From an uncultured Planctomycetota bacterium (GTDB lineage: Bacteria; Planctomycetota; Planctomycetia; Isosphaerales; Isosphaeraceae), in assembly GCA_963737655.1 (NCBI GenBank), contig CAVTTN010000002.1, forward strand, positions 4,256,001 to 4,320,000: DNA of 64,000 nt, read 5' to 3'. The translations under genes were made by a program, and so were the position numbers. Under the pieces are notes generated by a model. That model saw only the letters and a list, made by a program, of their open reading frames with translations, ran no database searches and was not told the DNA's origin. Numbering within the stretch: position 1 is the stretch's first letter; each line of letters opens with the position of its first letter. Shown here piece after piece: positions 61,074-64,000 of this stretch.

Positions 61074-62059
61074 GAGTGGCGGCTCGCATCGGGAAAAGGG
61101 CCCGGACCTTCCCAGCGTATCACCGGGCCGGTCGACTTGCCAGGGGGAGACAATCGCGGGAAGGGTCGATCCATTGTTGGCGTCCGCAGGCACGCGGAGC
61201 GTGCAAGACGGCATTCCCACGCCGAGCGTGGGGACGAGGGAGTTCCGACGTCACCACCAATCCGGACTCATGAGCCAGGCGGACCCTGCGAAATTCATGG
61301 GCTTTTCTACCGAGCAATCCGACACCATTCCCCCCAGACCCGGGACCGCGAGGCGCCCGCGACGCTTCGCGTTACTCACGGATCATCGCGAGCGAGGCCC
61401 TCGACGATCACCAAATCCGTCGGCATCGCGCCTCCCATGATTCGAGTCATCATGTCAAGAAACTAAAGCTCGGTAATTCCTGGATGAATCGCGAGTCGCA
61501 GGGGCATGCGCGCTTTTTCGCGAAATCGGGGCCGATCGGGCCGCGGATCGATCCGCCGCATCTTGTTTCGGAGACAGAAATTGCGAATTTCAAAAACAAA
61601 TATGAAAACACGAGCGCTCATGCTCGCGCACGAGTCGATGCGCACGCGAATCCGGCCTGATTCCCGCCCTTTTCGCGATTTCCGGACGAAATGTGTAGTC
61701 AACTTCCCGGCGTCGAGGAATTGCGAATCTCTGATGAGCTTAAAAGTTGATCGCAAGAACACATTTTCCGAGCATTTCGCCTGTCGAGAATCCGGCCGGG
61801 TCCGCATGAATCAAGAAATTGCGCCTACCTAAAATTTCCTTGTTTCCTTGCACGTCCCTTCATTCGTCAGGCCAGACCTTGCCTGCCCCGCACGGACGTT
61901 CAACGGACTCTCCTCGATCGGTCCCCGTCCACGAAGCGTTCGACGGATGTGCCTGCGTCTCCTTGCAAGGTCAAGGTCGATGCAGGCTGCCCCATCCCCC
62001 GATCGTCCCGCCGCGAGGGCCGGACCCTGGGGCGAGGGGGAGACGCCGTCGTCGCTCCG

Positions 62060-63526
62060 TCAACTTTCGGACTCGCGGCAGCGGTCGCATCGGCCGCATC
62101 GGGCGAAGGAGCGCTCGTCGTCGAAGTAGTCGAGCAGGGTGGCCCATCGGCAGGCGGAGGTCTCGGCGAACTCGACCATCCGCCTCTGCTTGAGCTTGTC
62201 CATCTCGTCTCGCTCGCGATACGAGCCGGCGAGTCGCTCCAGCTCCGGGGGCGAGAGCCCGGGCTGGAGGAGCTTCAGGCGGCCGTCCTCGGTCTCCTCG
62301 ACGATGTCCCGGCCCTTGAACAGGGCGAGGGCGACCTTCATCCGGGTCTTCGCCAGGGGGGAGATGGCCTGGAGTTCGGCCGGAGAGGGCGGCTCGGGGC
62401 GGTCGGCCAGGCGTTTCAGGGCGTGGTGGGCGTTCACCAGGTCGTCGCCGGAGGGATACCGGCCGCCCTGGAAGAACTTCTGGAGCTTCGAATCCGCCGG
62501 GTCGAACAGGAGGGTGGCCCACGAGGGCAGGCCGTCGCGACCGGCCCGGCCGATCTCCTGATAATACGCCTCGATCGTCCCCGGCAGATTGTAGTGGATC
62601 ACGAACCGGATGTCGGGCTTGTCGATCCCCAGGCCGAAGGCGTTGGTGGCGACCATCGCCTTGACCTCCCCTCTCATGAAGCGGTCCTGGCTGGCCGTGC
62701 GTTCGGCGGGCCTGAGCTTGCCGTGGTAGGTGGCGACCTCCAGGCCGTTGCGGGCGAGGAACTCGGCGACCTCGGCCACGGCCTTGACCGTCGCGGCGTA
62801 GATGATGCCCGTGCCCTCGGACTTCGCCAGGGTCTTCAGGAGGATCGACTTGCGGTCCGGCCCGTCGGCGACGGGGATCACGGCCAGGTCGAGGTTCTCG
62901 CGATCGAACCCGGTGTGGACGACCTCCGCCTCGGGGATGTGGAGGCTCCGGCGGATGTCGGCGATCACGTCGCTGGTGGCCGTGGCCGTCAGGGCGAGGA
63001 CCGGGGGCCGCCCGAGCTCGCCGATGTACGAGCCGAGCGAGAGGTATTCGGGCCGGAAGTCGTGGCCCCACTGGCTCAGGCAATGGGCCTCGTCGACGAC
63101 GAACAGGTCGATCGTGTTGGTCTTCAACAAGGCCCGGAACTGGGGGTCGGCCATCCGTTCGGGCGTGGTGTAGACGAACTCGGCGCGGGCCTCGGCGATC
63201 ATGGCCTCGGCCTCTCGCCTCTCGGCCGCGCTCAAGGTGCTGTTGACCGTGGCGACGTCGACGCCCCGTTCGCGGAGGGCGTCGGCCTGGTCCTTCATCA
63301 GGGCGATCAGAGGGCTGACGACGACGGTCGTCCCGGGCAGATGCAGGGCCGGCAACTGGAAGCACAGGCTCTTCCCCGAGCCGGTGGGCATGATCACGAT
63401 CGTGTCGCGCCCCTCGATGGCGGCCTGGACGGCCCTCCTCTGCCCGGGACGGAACCGGCGGAACCCGAAATGGTCGCGCAGGATGTCCCGGACGTCCGTC
63501 CCCACCAACGCCGTCGCCTCGCTCAT
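62060..63526 (-). CDS. recQ: RecQ-family ATP-dependent DNA helicase (short form)
   Basis: [34 protein letters not shown]-terminal CR...CGRCDRC. Confidence 0.93.
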   Translation of the reverse strand: MSEATALVGTDVRDILRDHFGFRRFRPGQRRAVQAAIEGRDTIVIMPTGSGKSLCFQLPALHLPGTTVVVSPLIALMKDQADALRERGVDVATVNSTLSAAERREAEAMIAEARAEFVYTTPERMADPQFRALLKTNTIDLFVVDEAHCLSQWGHDFRPEYLSLGSYIGELGRPPVLALTATATSDVIADIRRSLHIPEAEVVHTGFDRENLDLAVIPVADGPDRKSILLKTLAKSEGTGIIYAATVKAVAEVAEFLARNGLEVATYHGKLRPAERTASQDRFMRGEVKAMVATNAFGLGIDKPDIRFVIHYNLPGTIEAYYQEIGRAGRDGLPSWATLLFDPADSKLQKFFQGGRYPSGDDLVNAHHALKRLADRPEPPSPAELQAISPLAKTRMKVALALFKGRDIVEETEDGRLKLLQPGLSPPELERLAGSYRERDEMDKLKQRRMVEFAETSACRWATLLDYFDDERSFARCGRCDRCRESES

Positions 63527-63649
63527 GATATCGCCCCGTCGCCGGATCGCGTCGTCCCGGGACGCATGGACGCAACTCCGGGGCCGGCCGGGCCGATTTT
63601 CGAGTTCGCACATCCTTTCTTGCTTTCCGGATCGATCCTTCCGGATCGA

Positions 63650-64000
63650 TCAGGAGAACCGCTCCTGGATCCACGGGTCGCCGTGGGTGTGGTAGCCGTT
63701 CTCCTCCCAGAAACCGAGGGCGTCCTTGTCGAGGAACTCGACGCCCCGGACCCACTTGGCGCTCTTCCACGCATAAAGGCGGGGGACGACCAATCGCAGG
63801 GGCCAGCCGTGGTCGGCGGGCAGGGGCTGGCCGTTGCGCGACCAGGCGAACAGGCAGTCTTCGCCGAGGAAATCCGCCAGGGGGAGGTTGGTCGTGAACC
63901 CGTGCTCGGCGTGGACGAGGACGAATCGAACGTCGTCTCGGATTTTCACGTGTTTCATGACTTCCGAGACGAGGACGCCCTCCCAGGTGTTGTCCAGGAG
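63650..64000 (-). CDS. Sulfite-oxidase-like molybdopterin oxidoreductase, 5' partial
   Basis: DNTWEGV, HGWPLRLVVP.LYAWKSAKWV, GFWE.NGYH. Confidence 0.9.
   Translation of the reverse strand, partial: LLDNTWEGVLVSEVMKHVKIRDDVRFVLVHAEHGFTTNLPLADFLGEDCLFAWSRNGQPLPADHGWPLRLVVPRLYAWKSAKWVRGVEFLDKDALGFWEENGYHTHGDPWIQERFS

Overview
Very GC-rich bacterial DNA. Gene style (expanded Ser/Thr kinase-TPR proteins, PEP-CTERM protein, small RFTIRxLM...KYERAARxPWLPVxPDPP proteins) suggests a Planctomycete, probably Isosphaeraceae-like; this is inference. Four blocks: (1) 1-5.3 kb: cell-surface modification genes (GT39/ArnT-like, acyltransferase) and hypotheticals. (2) 5.3-25.3 kb: partial, atypical type VI secretion locus with vgrG + DUF6931-like gene, tssK, tssL, a TssM that ends right after its last TM helix, two giant membrane-anchored pseudo-caspase proteins (one with vWA) between tssM and vgrG, a candidate effector and a vapBC pair. 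(3) 31.8-53.1 kb: a ~21 kb accessory region bracketed by ~50 bp imperfect inverted repeats, holding an orphan primase, a MEDS kinase/response regulator/HD-GYP module, a Tn3-type miniature element, three attC sites with no integrase, IS701, ISKra4, IS66 and IS110 elements or remnants (the IS110 keeps a readable bridge-RNA region), REP-like hairpins and a PEP-CTERM gene. (4) 53.1-64 kb: methyltransferase, two GT2 genes, sensor kinase, glcD, recQ and a partial molybdopterin oxidoreductase. About 12 single-base frameshifts, many in G/C runs, split otherwise intact genes and are most likely sequencing errors. All calls come from reading motifs by eye; no searches were run.
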